Part shown: positions 13,089 through 25,219 of the stretch, piece after piece
How the letters are laid out: each line of letters starts with the position of its first letter
Position numbering within the stretch: the first letter of the stretch is position 1
Assembly (NCBI GenBank): GCA_038087875.1
Contig: JAXLNO010000110.1
Coordinates: 496,001 to 560,000 of the forward strand
DNA: 64,000 nt
DNA from: Malacoraja senta
Lineage: Eukaryota
Direction of reading: 5' to 3'
Position numbers and translations under genes: made by a program
Notes under the pieces: generated by a model
The model's database searches: none
What the model was told of the DNA's origin: nothing
What the model saw: the letters and a program-made list of their open reading frames with translations, nothing else

Positions 13089-13936
13089 AGGGCCTGTCCC
13101 ACTTAGGCAATTTTTTAGGGAACTACAGGCGATTAGGCTGTCGCCACATGGTTGTCGGGATGTCACCTGAATGGTCGTGAGTATATTCGGTGGGCGGCGC
13201 GACTCTCGTCAGCAGCGGCCTCTGCCGTCCGTCTGTCTTTTTTTTATTATTTTTGTCTCGTTTTTATGTAGTTTTTATTTNNNNNNNNNNNNNNNNNNNN
13301 NNNNNNNNNNNNNNNNNNNNNNNNNNNNNNNNNNNNNNNNNNNNNNNNNNNNNNNNNNNNNNNNNNNNNNNNNNNNNNNNNNNNNNNNNNNNNNNNNNNN
13401 NNNNNNNNNNNNNNNNNNNNNNNNNNNNNNNNNNNNNNNNNNNNNNNNNNNNNNNNNNNNNNNNNNNNNNNNNNNNNNNNTTGTGTCTCGGGTCTTCGTT
13501 TTGTAATGTATGGCTGCAGAAACGATATTTCGTTTGGACCTCAAGGGGTCCAAATGACAAATTTGTCCACATGACAAATAAAAAAAAATAATTGAGTCGT
13601 CTCCTCAGTCGCCCAAAGAGTCGTAGTGTCTTTCTGGTCACCGCTGGACTTTCAACAGGTTGAAACATTTTCGGCGACAGTGGGTTTGATGCCAATGAGC
13701 ATAGCTTGACTTCTGACGTAGGTTTTGTCTTAGTTGTCACCAGGTTAACGTAGGTTGTCGCCAGGTTAACAGAGGTTGCCACCAGTGCTGACTTTGTTTT
13801 TTTTAATGTTAAAGTAATAATTCTAATTTCAAATTCTATGTGGAAGGGGGGGTCCAACCGCCGTTTTTCGGCGACCTTCTACGACTATGACAGTCGTTGG
13901 CAGTCGCCTAAAAATAGCCGAAGTGGGTTAGGCCCT
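13089..13936. mobile_element. Harbinger-type MITE interrupted by a GC-rich retroposon and the assembly gap
   Basis: Termini AGGGCCTGTCCCACTT..AAGTGGGTTAGGCCCT, related to the MITE at 4979. Confidence 0.55.
13281..13480. other. Assembly gap (200 N)
   Basis: Run of N. Confidence 1.
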
Positions 13937-15185
13937 TAAGATGCACCGTGGCATGAGGAAGATCACGTCTTTAGGGTGAAGATGCTGGAGTAACTCAGCG
14001 GAACAGGCAGCATCTACGGAGACAAGGAATGGGCGGCGTTTCGGGTCGAGACCCTTTTTCAGACTGAGAGTCAGGGGAGAGGGAAACTAGAGACACGGAA
14101 GGGCGAGACGTGAAAACGACAGATCAAGGCAGACGATGATCAAGGAGATGTAGAACGGTTCATTAATGGCTGGGGGAGAAGGTGACAACGAGGCATCCAA
14201 ACAGTAAAATTAATCAGGAGAACAGTAAAGGAGTTGGAAAACAAGGGTGGGCGACGGATGGAGAGAGAGAGGGAAAGCAAGGGTCACTTGAAGTTAGAGA
14301 AGTCAATATTCGTACTGCTAGGGTGTAAGCTGCCCAAGCGAAATATGAGGTGCTGTTCCTCCACTTTGCGCTGGGCCTCACTCTGACAGTGGAGGAGGCC
14401 CAGGACAGAAAGGTCAGTGTGGGAATGGGAAGGGGAATTAAAGTGTTTAGCAACTGGGAGCTCACACTGGCCTAGGCGGACTTAGGATGTGCAGTCAAGG
14501 AAACTGCAGATGCTGCAATATTGAGCCAAAGACAAACTACTGTGGAACTCATTGGGTCAGGCATCAACTACGGAGGGATATAGACAGTCAATGTTTCGAG
14601 TCAGTGCATCCTGTGGCAACTCCTTCCCCTCACCTCTTTCTGCCAGCTATCTCCACTTCACTCTATCAGTCTGAAGACCCGAAACAATGTCTATGTCTGC
14701 ACACCAGAGATTCATAGACAATAGGTGCAGGAGTAGGCTATTCGGCCCTTCGATCCAGCACCGCCATTCAATTTGACCATGGCTGATCATCCACAATCAG
14801 TACCCCATTCCTGCCTTCTCTCATATCCCCTGACTCCGCTATCTTTAAGAGACCTATCTAGCTCTCTCTTAAAAGTATTCAGAGAACCGGCCTCCACCAC
14901 CCTCTGAGGCAGAGAATTCAACAGACTCACAACTCTGTGAGAAAAAGTGTTTCCTCATCTCCGTTCTAAATGGCTTACCCCTTATTCTTAAATTGTGGCC
15001 TCTGGTTTTGGACTCCCCCAACATCGGGAACATGTTTCCTGCCTCTAGCGTGTGTCCAAACCCTTAATAATCTTATGTTTCAATAAGATCCCTTCTCATC
15101 CTTGTAAACTCCAGAGCATACAAGCCCAGCCGTTCCATTCTCTCATATGACAGTCCCTCCATCCGGGATGAAGGGATGGAGGGAC

Positions 15186-16297
15186 GTGGTGAATAAAGGT
15201 GAGACGTCAGGCCGGTTCAAAGAGTTGTTTATTCAGTGCTGACACGTTAGGTTTGTGCCGACTATCATAACAGTGTTGCTGTAGCTGAGCGAGGTTGTTC
15301 CCTCGGGCTCAGCTACCGGTTGAACACCTGGTGGTCTCGAGGTGAGATGACCTTAAGTACCAGGACACTCCCTCTAGATGTCACGTGCCCGCCTCGTACT
15401 TCCTGACGAGGGTTCGAGCATAAGTGGCCCGTGTATAGGCTGCCGCCACAGGACCCCCCCAGAACCGGAGGACGGAATAGCATGGTCGAGGGCGGCTACT
15501 GCATGTGGGTCTGGGACACCCCGGGCGTGGGTCGGGACGGAGGGCCCACGGGCGCAGTAACGCTCTGCGTGGGCGATCCCGAGGTACCGAGGGGTGCGAG
15601 GGGACCGATGCAGAAACCGCCGGACGGAAGGAATAGCATGGTCGAGGGCGGCTAATGCATGTGGGTCTGGGACACCCCGGGCGTGGGTCGGGACGGAGGG
15701 TCCACGGGCGCAGTAACACTCTGCGTGGGCGATCCCGAGGTACCGAGGGGTGCGAGGGGACCGATGCAGAAACCGCCGGACAGAAGAGACACAGTCGCAT
15801 CTCCTCGACCAGCTAAGGGAGAGTGTCCTGCGAAATACGGCCCCCAGCAAAGGCTGGGAGACGTCGGCATCAATGAGGGGAAAAAACAAAATAAAATAAA
15901 CAAACCAATTTCTGAACCGGGCGTGGAGATGCAGTGAACACAAAGGGAACAGTAACAACACAAATTACGTGATTCGAACAATCAGAAGGCTGCGTGTTCG
16001 AATCATGTCGGGGTCACCAATATAGCGGCACCGAACGTGGTGAATAAAGGTGAGACGTCAAAGAGTCGTTTATTCAGCGCTGACCCGTTAGGTTTGTGCC
16101 GACTATCATAACAGTGTTGCTGTAGCTGAGCCAGGTTGTTCCCTCGGGCTCAGCTACCGGTTGAACACCTGGTGGTCTCGAGGTGAGATCACCTTAAGTA
16201 CCAGGACACTCCCTCTAGCCCATGACGTCACATGCCCGCCCTCGTACTTCCTGACGAGGGTTCGAGCATAAGTGGCCCATGTATAGGCTGCCGCCAC
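15186..16297 (-). mobile_element. Non-autonomous LTR retroelement (TRIM-like) with tRNA-Trp primer site
   Basis: LTRs at 15186-15450 (outer end clipped) and 16021-16297, reading TGTGGCGGC...GCCGCTATA on the minus strand. PBS TGGTGACCCCGAC starts at 16019. G-rich tract next to the other LTR. Internal 156-bp tandem duplication, no gag/pol, inserted into a CR1 fragment. Confidence 0.85.
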
Positions 16298-16919
16298 ATT
16301 GTAAACCTACACTGCATTCCCTCAATAGCAAGAATGTCCTTCCTCAAATTTGGAGATCGAAACTGCACACAATACTCTAGGTGTGGGGTTAAGAAGGAAC
16401 TGCAGACGCTGGAAAATCTATGGAGCGAAGGAAATAGGCAATGTTTCGGGCTGAAACCCTTCTTCAGACTTCTCTAGGTGTGGTCTCACTAGGGCTCTGT
16501 ACAACTTCACAAGGACCTCTTTGCTCCTATATTCCTCTTGTTATGAAGGCCAACATTACTATTCACTTTCTTCACTGCCTGCTGTTCTGCATGCTTACTT
16601 TCAGTGACTGATGAACCAGCAGAGCTCACTGTACTTCCCCTACAATGTACAGAAGCCAATTAACCTACAAGCATGCACTTCTATGAGTGTGGAAGGAAAC
16701 CAGAACACCCAGAGAAAAGCATATGCGGTCACAGGGAGAACGTACAAACTCTGTACAGACAGCACGAGGGCAGAAAGATACCCTGGTCTCTGGCGCTGTG
16801 AGGCAGCAACTCTACCGCTACGCCATTGTGCGCCGCCCTATTTTAGTTGTATTCAACTAAAATAAAAGCTGCAAAAATACTGACTAAGCAGGTGATGATC
16901 GGATGACTACAAGCCTTAC

Positions 16920-16987
16920 CTGTGAAATTCACTTTTCCATAGAGGTCCTGTATCTGTGGAGCCAGACCCAGCTTGAATAAGTAAAGG
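16920..16987 (-). CDS. IQGAP3: IQGAP3-like exon 6 (LYLFKLGLAPQIQDLYGKVNFT)
   Basis: 68 bp, CAG/GTAAGG boundaries. The peptide is visible within ORF 16843..17103. Confidence 0.95.
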
Positions 16988-19493
16988 CTGCAAAAAGATA
17001 GAGGGGAAAACTCAGTGGCCAAAGCCCAAATCACCAATCGACCAATTTTGCTCATTCTGCTGCAAGACAAAGAGAAGTGGCCAAGCACACGTGACTTCCA
17101 CACAGAGGAATCATAACCAAACCGTGCAACAGTCTCAAATTAAAAGCAGTGCTTGTTTGTGATAGTACACCATACTGGCACTTGTAAACATTTTAACACT
17201 AGATTTTCAAATGCAATGATCCCGGGAACGAGCTGGTTACCATACGATGAGCATTTGTCGGCACTGGGCCTGTACTCGCTGGAGTTTAGAAGAGTGAGCG
17301 GGGAAAAACGTAATTGAAACGTAGAGAATAGTGAAAGGCTCGGAGAGAGTGGGTGTGGAGGGGGCGTTTCCACTAGTGGGAGAGTCTCGGACCAGAGTGC
17401 ACAGCCTCAGAATTAAAGGACGTACTTTTAGGACGGAGATGAGGAGGAATTTCTTTAGTCAGAGGGTGGTGAATCCGTGGAATTCTTTGCCACAGAAGGC
17501 TGTGGAGGCCACGTCAGTGGATATATTTAAGGCAGAGATAGACAGATTCTTGATTTGTATGGAGGTAATGGGGAAAACACAGGAGAATGGGGTTAGGAGG
17601 GAGAGATAGATCAGCCATGATTGAATGGCGCAGTAGACTTGATGGGCCGAATGGCCTAATTATGCTCCTCGTATGGACATGATCTTATGAATAAAACTGA
17701 TCATTTAAAATCAAATTAAAATTCAAAAATTTAGTTTTTGCTAAAGTATAAGAAATAGAATGTGTTCATTAATTTGAGTGTTCAGGCCCCTAAACAGCAT
17801 GTAGGTGGGTCGCTTGGTGTACAGCAGCCAACAGTGTTGTATGAACTGTTGTATCGAAGGCTGAATTAATGTCATAATAGACCACAGAACAGTACAGCAC
17901 AAGAATAGGCCCTTCGGCCCACAATGTCTGTGCCAAACATGATGCCAAAACTATCTACCTGCATATAATCCATATCCCTCCATATTCATATGCCGATCCA
18001 AAGGTACACAAAAATGCTGGAGAAACTCAGCGGGTGCAGCAGCATCTTTGGAGCGAAGGAAATAGGCAACATTTTGGGCCGAAACCCTTCTTCATGTCTA
18101 TCCAAATGCCTCTTAAATGGCAGTATCATAACTGCCTCAACCATCAATCCTGGCAGCGGGTCCCAAGCATCCACCACCCTCCAGATAAAAACATTGCCCT
18201 GCACATCTCCCATTACACTTGGCCCCTCTCACCTACATAGAAAATATGTGCAGGAGTAGGCCATTTGAGCCAGCACCGCCATTCAACATGATATTCACTT
18301 TCTTCACTGCCTGCTGTTCCTGCATGCTTACTTTCGGTGACTGATGAACAAGGACCAACAGATCTCACTGTACTTCCCCTACAATGTACAGAAGCCAATT
18401 AACCTACAAGCATGCACTTCTATGAGTGTGCCAGAATCAGTACCCCATTCCTGCTTTCTCCCCATATCCCTTGATTCCGTTAGCCCTAAGAGCTAAATCT
18501 AACTCTCTCCTAAAATCATCCAGTGAATTGGCCTCCACTGCCTTCTGTGGCAGACAATTCCAAGATTCACAAATCTCTGGGTGAAAAGGTTTTTCCCCAT
18601 CTCAGTCCTAAATGGCCCACCCCTTATTCTTAAATTGTGGCCCCTGGTTCTGGACTCCCCCCAACATCGGGAACATGTTTCCGGCATCTAGCCTGCCCAT
18701 TCAAGTCTGTCCAACCTCTCCCTGTAGCTAGTATCTCACAGAGACACCAACTGCAAGGAGTGAAGATGGGAGATTGCTTTTGAGGACAACGATAACATTT
18801 GGGATGTTCCGTCATAGAACGACAATTTGATCAATGTTTTGGTGCATATTGATTTAATAATAAGTTTAATAATTGATTGATGGATTGAAAGATAAAGCAA
18901 GGAAACAGGCCTACCAACCCACGAGTCCACACTAACCATCAATCGCCCGTTCACACACTAGTTCCACGTTATCCCACTTTCTCATCCACTCCCTGCACAC
19001 AAGGGGCAATTTACAGTGGGTCAATTAACCTACTACTGCACGACTTTTGGATGTGGGAGGAAACCCGAACACCCAGAAACCCACGCAGTCATAGAGAGAA
19101 TGTGAAAACTCTACGCACACAGCACCAGAGGTCAGGATTTAACCTGGATCTCTGGCACGGAGCTGGTCGCTTCACCATTGAATATGTTGATTTTATACCT
19201 TACAATTAGTTCATTGGATTAGAAATCGATTGGTTACAAAACCAAAACTGATGAGAGGAGCTTTGCTGAAGACCGCCGCTCAGTCCGCCTAAACCTACCT
19301 GATCTCCCGGTTGCTAAACACTGTATATGTAGGAAGGAACTGCAGTTGCTGGTTTAAACCAAAGATAGACACAAAAAACTGGAGTAACTCAGCGGGACAG
19401 GCAGCATCTCTTGAGAGAAGGAATGCTTGACGTTTCAGGTCGAGACCCTTCTTCAAACACTTTAACGCCCCCTCCCATTCCCACAAAGACCTT

Positions 19494-21502
19494 CTTCAAA
19501 GCCGCCGACAAGGGAGGTGCAGTGGTAGTCTGGCGCGTCGATCTCTACAAAGCTGAGGCCACGCGCCAACTCTCGGACACCTCCTCCTACTTACCCCTGG
19601 ACCATGACCCCACTGACGAGCACCAGGCCACCATCTCCAGCACCATCACCGAATTCATCCACTCCCACGCCCTGCCCGACCGAGCCTCCAACCTCATCGT
19701 TCCCCAGCCCCGCACAGCCCGCTTTTACCTTCTCCCCAAAATCCACAAACCTGACTGTCCCGGTAGACCCATTGTCTCTGCCTGTTCGTGCCCCACCGAA
19801 CTCATCTCCACCTACCTCGACTCCATCCTATCCCCCTTGGTTAAATCCCTCCCTACCTATGTTCAAGACACCTTAGACACTCTCCGTCATCTCCGCGCAT
19901 TCCACTCTCTAGGCCCTCACCCCCTCATCTTCACCATGGACGTCCAGTCATTGTACACCTCCATCCCCCACCAGGATGGTCTCGAAGCCCTCCGTTTTTT
20001 CCTCGACCGTAGAAGCAATCTATACCCGGCCACTGACACCCTCCTCCGCCTAGCGGAGCTGGTCCTTACACTTAATAACTTTTCATTTGACTCCTCCCAT
20101 TTCCTCCAAATACAAAGCGTAGCTATGGGCACACGCATGGGCCCCAGCTACGCCTGCCTCTTTCTCGGGTACGTAGAACAATCCTTGTTCAATGCGTACC
20201 AGGGCCCCATCCCCGACCTCTACCTCCGCTACATCGATGATTGTTTTGGTGCCACATCCTGCACCCACACACAACTGACTGACTTCATCCGCTTCACCAC
20301 CAACTTCCATCCGGCACTCAAATACACCTGGACCATTTCCGACACTTCCCTACCATTCCTTGACCTCACTATCTCCATCGCAGGTGATAGACTCCTTACC
20401 GACATCCACTACAAACCTACCGACTCCCATGGCTATCTGGACTACACTTCTTCCCACCCTGCTTCCTGTAAGGACTCCATCCCCCACTCCCAATTCCTCC
20501 GTCTACGCCGCATCTGCTCCCAGGATGAGGCGTTCCACACCAGGGCATCTGAAATGTCCTCATTCTTCAGGGAACGGGGGTTCCCCTCCTCCACCATAGA
20601 TGAGGCTCGCACCAGGGTCTCTGCCATACCCCGCAACACTGCTCTCTCTCCCCATCCCCCCACTCACAACAAGGGCAGAGTCCCCCTAGTCCTCACCTTT
20701 CACCCCACCAGCTGTCACATACAACAAGTGATCCTCCGTCAGTTTCGCCACCTCTAACGTGACCCCACCACTTGCCACATCTTCCCATCTCCCCCCATGT
20801 CTGCCTTCCGCAAAGACCGCTCCCTCCGTAACTCCCTTGTCAATTCTTCCCTTCCCTCCCATACCACCCCCTCCCCTGGTACTTTCCCTTGCAACCGCAA
20901 GAGATGCAACACTTGTCCCTTCACCTCCCCCCTCTACTCCATTCAAGGACCCAAGCAGTCATTCCAGGTGCGACAGAGGTTCACCTGCATCTCCTCCAAC
21001 CTCATCTATTGCATTCGCTGCTCTAGATGCCAGCTGATCTACATCGGTGAGACCAAGCGGAGGCTTGGCGATCGTTTCGCCGAACACCTCCGGTCGGTCC
21101 GCAATAACCAACCTGAACTCCCGGTGGCTCAGCACTTCAACTCCCCCTCCCATTCCGTATCTGACCTCTCTGTCCTGGGTCTCCTCCATGGCCACAGCGA
21201 GCAACACCGTAAATTGGAGGAAATGCACCTCATATTCCGCTTGGGCAGTCTACATCCTGGGGGCTTGAACATTGAATTCTCCCAATTCTGCTAGCCCTTG
21301 CTGTCCCCTCCCCTTCATCAGAAATCTGGTTGTCTCCTCCCCTCCCCCAGCCCTCGGGCTCCTCCTCCGCCTTTTTCCTTTTTTCCTTTCTTCTCCCCAC
21401 CCCCTATCAGTCTGAAGAAGGGTTTTGGCCCGAAACGTTGCCTATTTCCTTCGCTCCATAGATGCTGCTGCACCCGCTGAGTTTCTCCAGCATTTTTGTG
21501 TA
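19494..21502 (+). mobile_element. Penelope-like retroelement (RT + GIY-YIG endonuclease), 5'-truncated, one nonsense codon
   Basis: RT motifs ADKGGAVVVW, GRPIVS, MDVQSLYTSIPH, AMGTRMGPSYA and RYIDD; GIY-YIG motif NLIYCIRCSRCQLIYIGETKRRLGDRFAEH. ORFs 19411 and 20797 share a frame, split by TAA at 20755. 14-bp duplication CCCACAAAGACCTT at 19480-19493 and 21503-21516. Confidence 0.92.
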
Positions 21503-22887
21503 CCCACAAAGACCTTTCTGTCCTGGGCCTCCTCCATAGTCAGAGTGAGGCCCAGTGCAAATTGGGGGAACAGCACCTCATATTTCGCTTGGGCAGCTTA
21601 TACCCCAGCAGTATGAACATTGACTTCTCCAACTTCAAGTAACCCTTGCTTTTCCCCTCTCTCCATCCCTCCGCAGTTCTCCGACCCCTTATTTAAGAAT
21701 AAGAGGCAAACCATTTAGAACGGAGATGAGGAAAAACTTTTTCACACAGAGAGTTGTGAATCTGTGGAATTCTGCCTCGGAAAGCAGTGGAGGCCAATTC
21801 TCTGGATGCTTTCAAGAGAGAGTTAGATAGAGCTCTTAAAGATAGCGGAGTCAAGGGATATGGGGAGAAGGCTGAAACGGGGTACTGATTGTGGATGATC
21901 AGCCATGATCACAGTGAATGGCGGTGGTGGCTCGAAGGGCCAAATGGCCTCCTCCTGCACCTGTTGTCTATTGACCAGTCTGACAGTCCCCCTGATTACA
22001 TTTATCTCTGTTTGTTTGTTGTCAGCTGCTCCTAGCTGACAATGATCTATTCTACATTTTCCTCGATCCGCATCTCTTTTGATATCTTGTTTTTCACACC
22101 TTACACTTCCTTATATCAATAAACTAAACTCAATCCAGATAAAAAAAACATTCATCAGTTCACCTCGAAGAGAGGTGGAAGGAAGGAGCTTTAGATCTTT
22201 GGGGCGCCAAATACATCATTTTTTATCAAGGATGAGGTAACAATAAAACAAAAATTTGAGTTAATTTATTGTCATGTGTACCGAGGTACAGTTTAAAGTT
22301 TTTGTTGCCTTCTAACCAGTCTGCGGAAAGACTATACATGATTACAATCGAGCCGTCTAAAGTGTACAGATACATGATATAGGGAACAACATGAATAACG
22401 TTTAGTGCAAGATAAAATCCAGTAAAGTCTGATCAAAGTTAATCCGAGGGTCTCCAATGAGGTGGATCGTAGCTCAGGACTGTTCGCTAGTTGTTGGTAG
22501 GATGGTTCAAAGGTTCAAATGTATTTGTCACCTGCACCATAAGGTGCAGTGAAATGAATTTAAGTAAATGAAAGAAAATGCAGCGTTACAATTTTACAAA
22601 GGACACGATGCACAACATAATTCAACAGACATCCACCACAGCATTCTTCACCGTGGTGAAAGGCAATATCAGTATCAATAGTTGCCTGATAACAGCTGGG
22701 TCGAAACTGTCCCCGACTCTGGAGGTGTGCATCCAGACAGAGATGCCCAGAGGTCAGAACTGAAGGAGAATAAAGATCACAGAGGGTTATAGGCAGAAAG
22801 AGATTACAAATAGAAAGGGGGAATTCTGTTGAAACACTCCACATGTCAGATGAACCACTTTACTTATTAAAAGTATTGTACCTATAT

Positions 22888-23109
22888 AGTACAGAACGCC
22901 ACAGGAGATCCTTCTTCCCTGTGACTATCAAACTGTACAACTCCTCCCCCTTCTATCATGGGGTAGACTGACTCCCCCCTCCACCTTCCCAATCTTTGCA
23001 CATCGCCAATCCTTTGCACTCGTCACTTTAATTTCATATTTCCCTTTAATTTCATATATCTGTTGGCAGATCAATTTCTCTCCTGGGATAAATAAAGTTG
23101 TATCGCATC
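22888..23109 (+). mobile_element. Rex1/Babar-type LINE 3' end abutting the exon-5 donor
   Basis: Matches the 3' part of the copy at about 32980-33418 (RRSFFP.AIKLYN; AATAAAGTT(TATCG)n tail). Confidence 0.65.
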
Positions 23110-23113
23110 GTAC

Positions 23114-23190
23114 CTGAAAGCGTGAACGCAATAAACAACGCGGGGAATGTTCTTCTTGTCGTAGATGTCCGTGGTTTCCGGATAAAATAT
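23114..23190 (-). CDS. IQGAP3: IQGAP3-like exon 5 (IFYPETTDIYDKKNIPRVVYCVHAFS)
   Basis: 77 bp, CAG acceptor, GTACGA donor, conserved CH-domain peptide. Confidence 0.95.
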
Positions 23191-24619
23191 CTGAAATTAA
23201 TCAAAAATATTTCCAATGAGGCTCTTCGGATGAAAGATTTACAATTCCACAGCACATTACAGGCGGCGCAGTGGTAGAGTTGCTGCCCGACAGCGCCAGA
23301 GACCCAGGTTCGATACCGACCTCTGGTGCAGTCTGTACGGAGTTTGTACGTTCCTCCCGTAACCTGCGTGGGTATTCTCCGAGATCTTCGGTTTCCTCCC
23401 ACTACAAAGACCTATGGGTTCGTAGGTCAACTGGCTTGGTATAAATTTAAATTGTCACCTAGTATGTATAGGATAGTGTTAATATGCGGAGATCGCTGGT
23501 CGGCGCGGACTCAGTGGGCTGAAGGGCCTGTTTTGGCGCCATAGCTAAAATGACGCAATTTTTACAGCTCCAACACTGGCGATCTCGGCGAGAGATCCCA
23601 GGCTCTGCGATGTCAAAGTCAGCAACGCCGCCCGCGATGTTCAATCGGCGGACCCAGCACACCGGAGCTCCAGCGCGGCGACCCGGGCAAGGCATCACCC
23701 GCTCTGCGATAGCGCTCCAGCGCTGTGCCGCCGCCGAAGCCGTGGTTCTGGCCAGTCCCCTCAGGAGAAGCCGCTCCAGACCCGATGGTAGGCCGAGAGG
23801 ATGGGTCGAAGATGCTGCTCTGAGGAAAAGCCGCCTCTCCGACCAGCTAGAGACTAGGAAAAGCAGTTTCCCCCCTCCACCCCCCCACATAAAAAGACTA
23901 GACCTCCAAAACAAAACACTATTTTAACATACTAAAAAAAAATGTAAGTGAAAATACAAACAGCTGCAGGCCGGGCAGCCATACCCAACTGGACGGCGCC
24001 CCCAAATGACAAATAAAGAAATTCAATTCAATTCAATCTACTGTTGTAAATGGCACACTGATGTATTACGAAGGCCGGGACCTTAGTGCCTGGAGCGTTG
24101 TAGACAAGGTTGCCCATGGGTATAGATAAGGTGGATGGACAGTCGTTTTGTCAGGGTTGGGGAGCATAAAACTAAAGGGCGTAGATTTATGGTGAGAAGG
24201 GAAGATCCAGAGCTAGAGCGGGGGAACCGTCGATCAGTCTCGGTAGTCGGCTGTGGGGACGGATTTGCCGGCTCCAGCCAGGCCGGTGTTTTGAAAGCCC
24301 CAGCCCCAAGGAGGACATTTGACCCGCTGATTGTCCGCGGAAGTTCCGATGAGGTCGGGATGAGTTGCCTCACCCGGCCCGGGCACCACATTTTGGGGGG
24401 AATTCCGGGGGGGGTTCAAGTGCGCTCTGGTAATTTTGTCCGGATTAAAAGGAGATGCCGGACCACCAGTTGCCAGAAAATCGGTGGTGGACCTGTACCG
24501 TGATGGTTGGAATACGGATTCGGTCTGAAGTCGAATAGTGTCAAGTTTTAAGTTTCCTTCAGCAGTTTTTGATTTCCATTTCACATTTCCACTCTCCCAA
24601 TAGATACAGTAGATCCGCA

Positions 24620-25102
24620 GATCAGAACATGGTGGGCAAGTTGGGGACACCCGCCATTCCTGTCACTCCCATCACCCAGCCCCAAAGTGGCTGAGGTCGA
24701 GGAAGAGCTTCCTTCACACTGTCCAGCCACTGTCACAGTCTCCTCAAGTAACCAGACTAGCCTTGCGGGAAAAGAAATGCAGTGAAAGCCACCACCACGT
24801 AAAGATGCCAATCCCAACCAAGGAACAGCTCCCACCTGGAAGACCTGGAAGTCCCTCAATAGGCTTCGTATAGGGATGGGCTGATGCAAGACCAATATGA
24901 ACAAATGGGGCTATGCAGATGTGGCAGACACAGAATGTGAATGTGGAACATCTGTACAATCCATGCCACACCTACTAAAATGCCCACTTCTTGGTGAGCA
25001 ATGCTGCCTGGAAGATCTAGCGGTGGAAAACGAAAAGGCTGTCCACTGTGCAAGAGCCTGGCCCAACATTTGAAATATAGATGCTGGACACGAAATTAAA
25101 AA
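24620..25102 (+). mobile_element. Vingi/Ingi-like LINE 3' fragment (C-terminal zinc knuckle)
   Basis: Translates as TWKSLNRLRIGMG*CKTNMNKWGY...CECGTSVQSMPHLLKCP, followed by an A-rich end. Confidence 0.55.
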
Positions 25103-25219
25103 GACTCTCCCAATTCTCAACTCCGAATGGCATAAGGCCAACAAGGATCCCTGTCTCCCCTCAATCAACCCTTCGGCTTCACCAAGATGACACTCAAGGG
25201 CAATGTTTCATTTGTCGCT

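Noticed and set aside
13171..13857. ORFs spanning the N run
   Set aside because: Artefacts of the assembly gap.
15374..15981. Several 90-195-aa ORFs with an internal repeat
   Set aside because: By-product of the GC-rich 156-bp duplication inside the LTR element; no gag/pol motifs.
15981..16019. tRNA-Trp gene (and tRNA-Leu gene at 29827-29861)
   Set aside because: Only 3' parts are present, with encoded CCA, abutting LTRs; these are primer-site copies, not genes.
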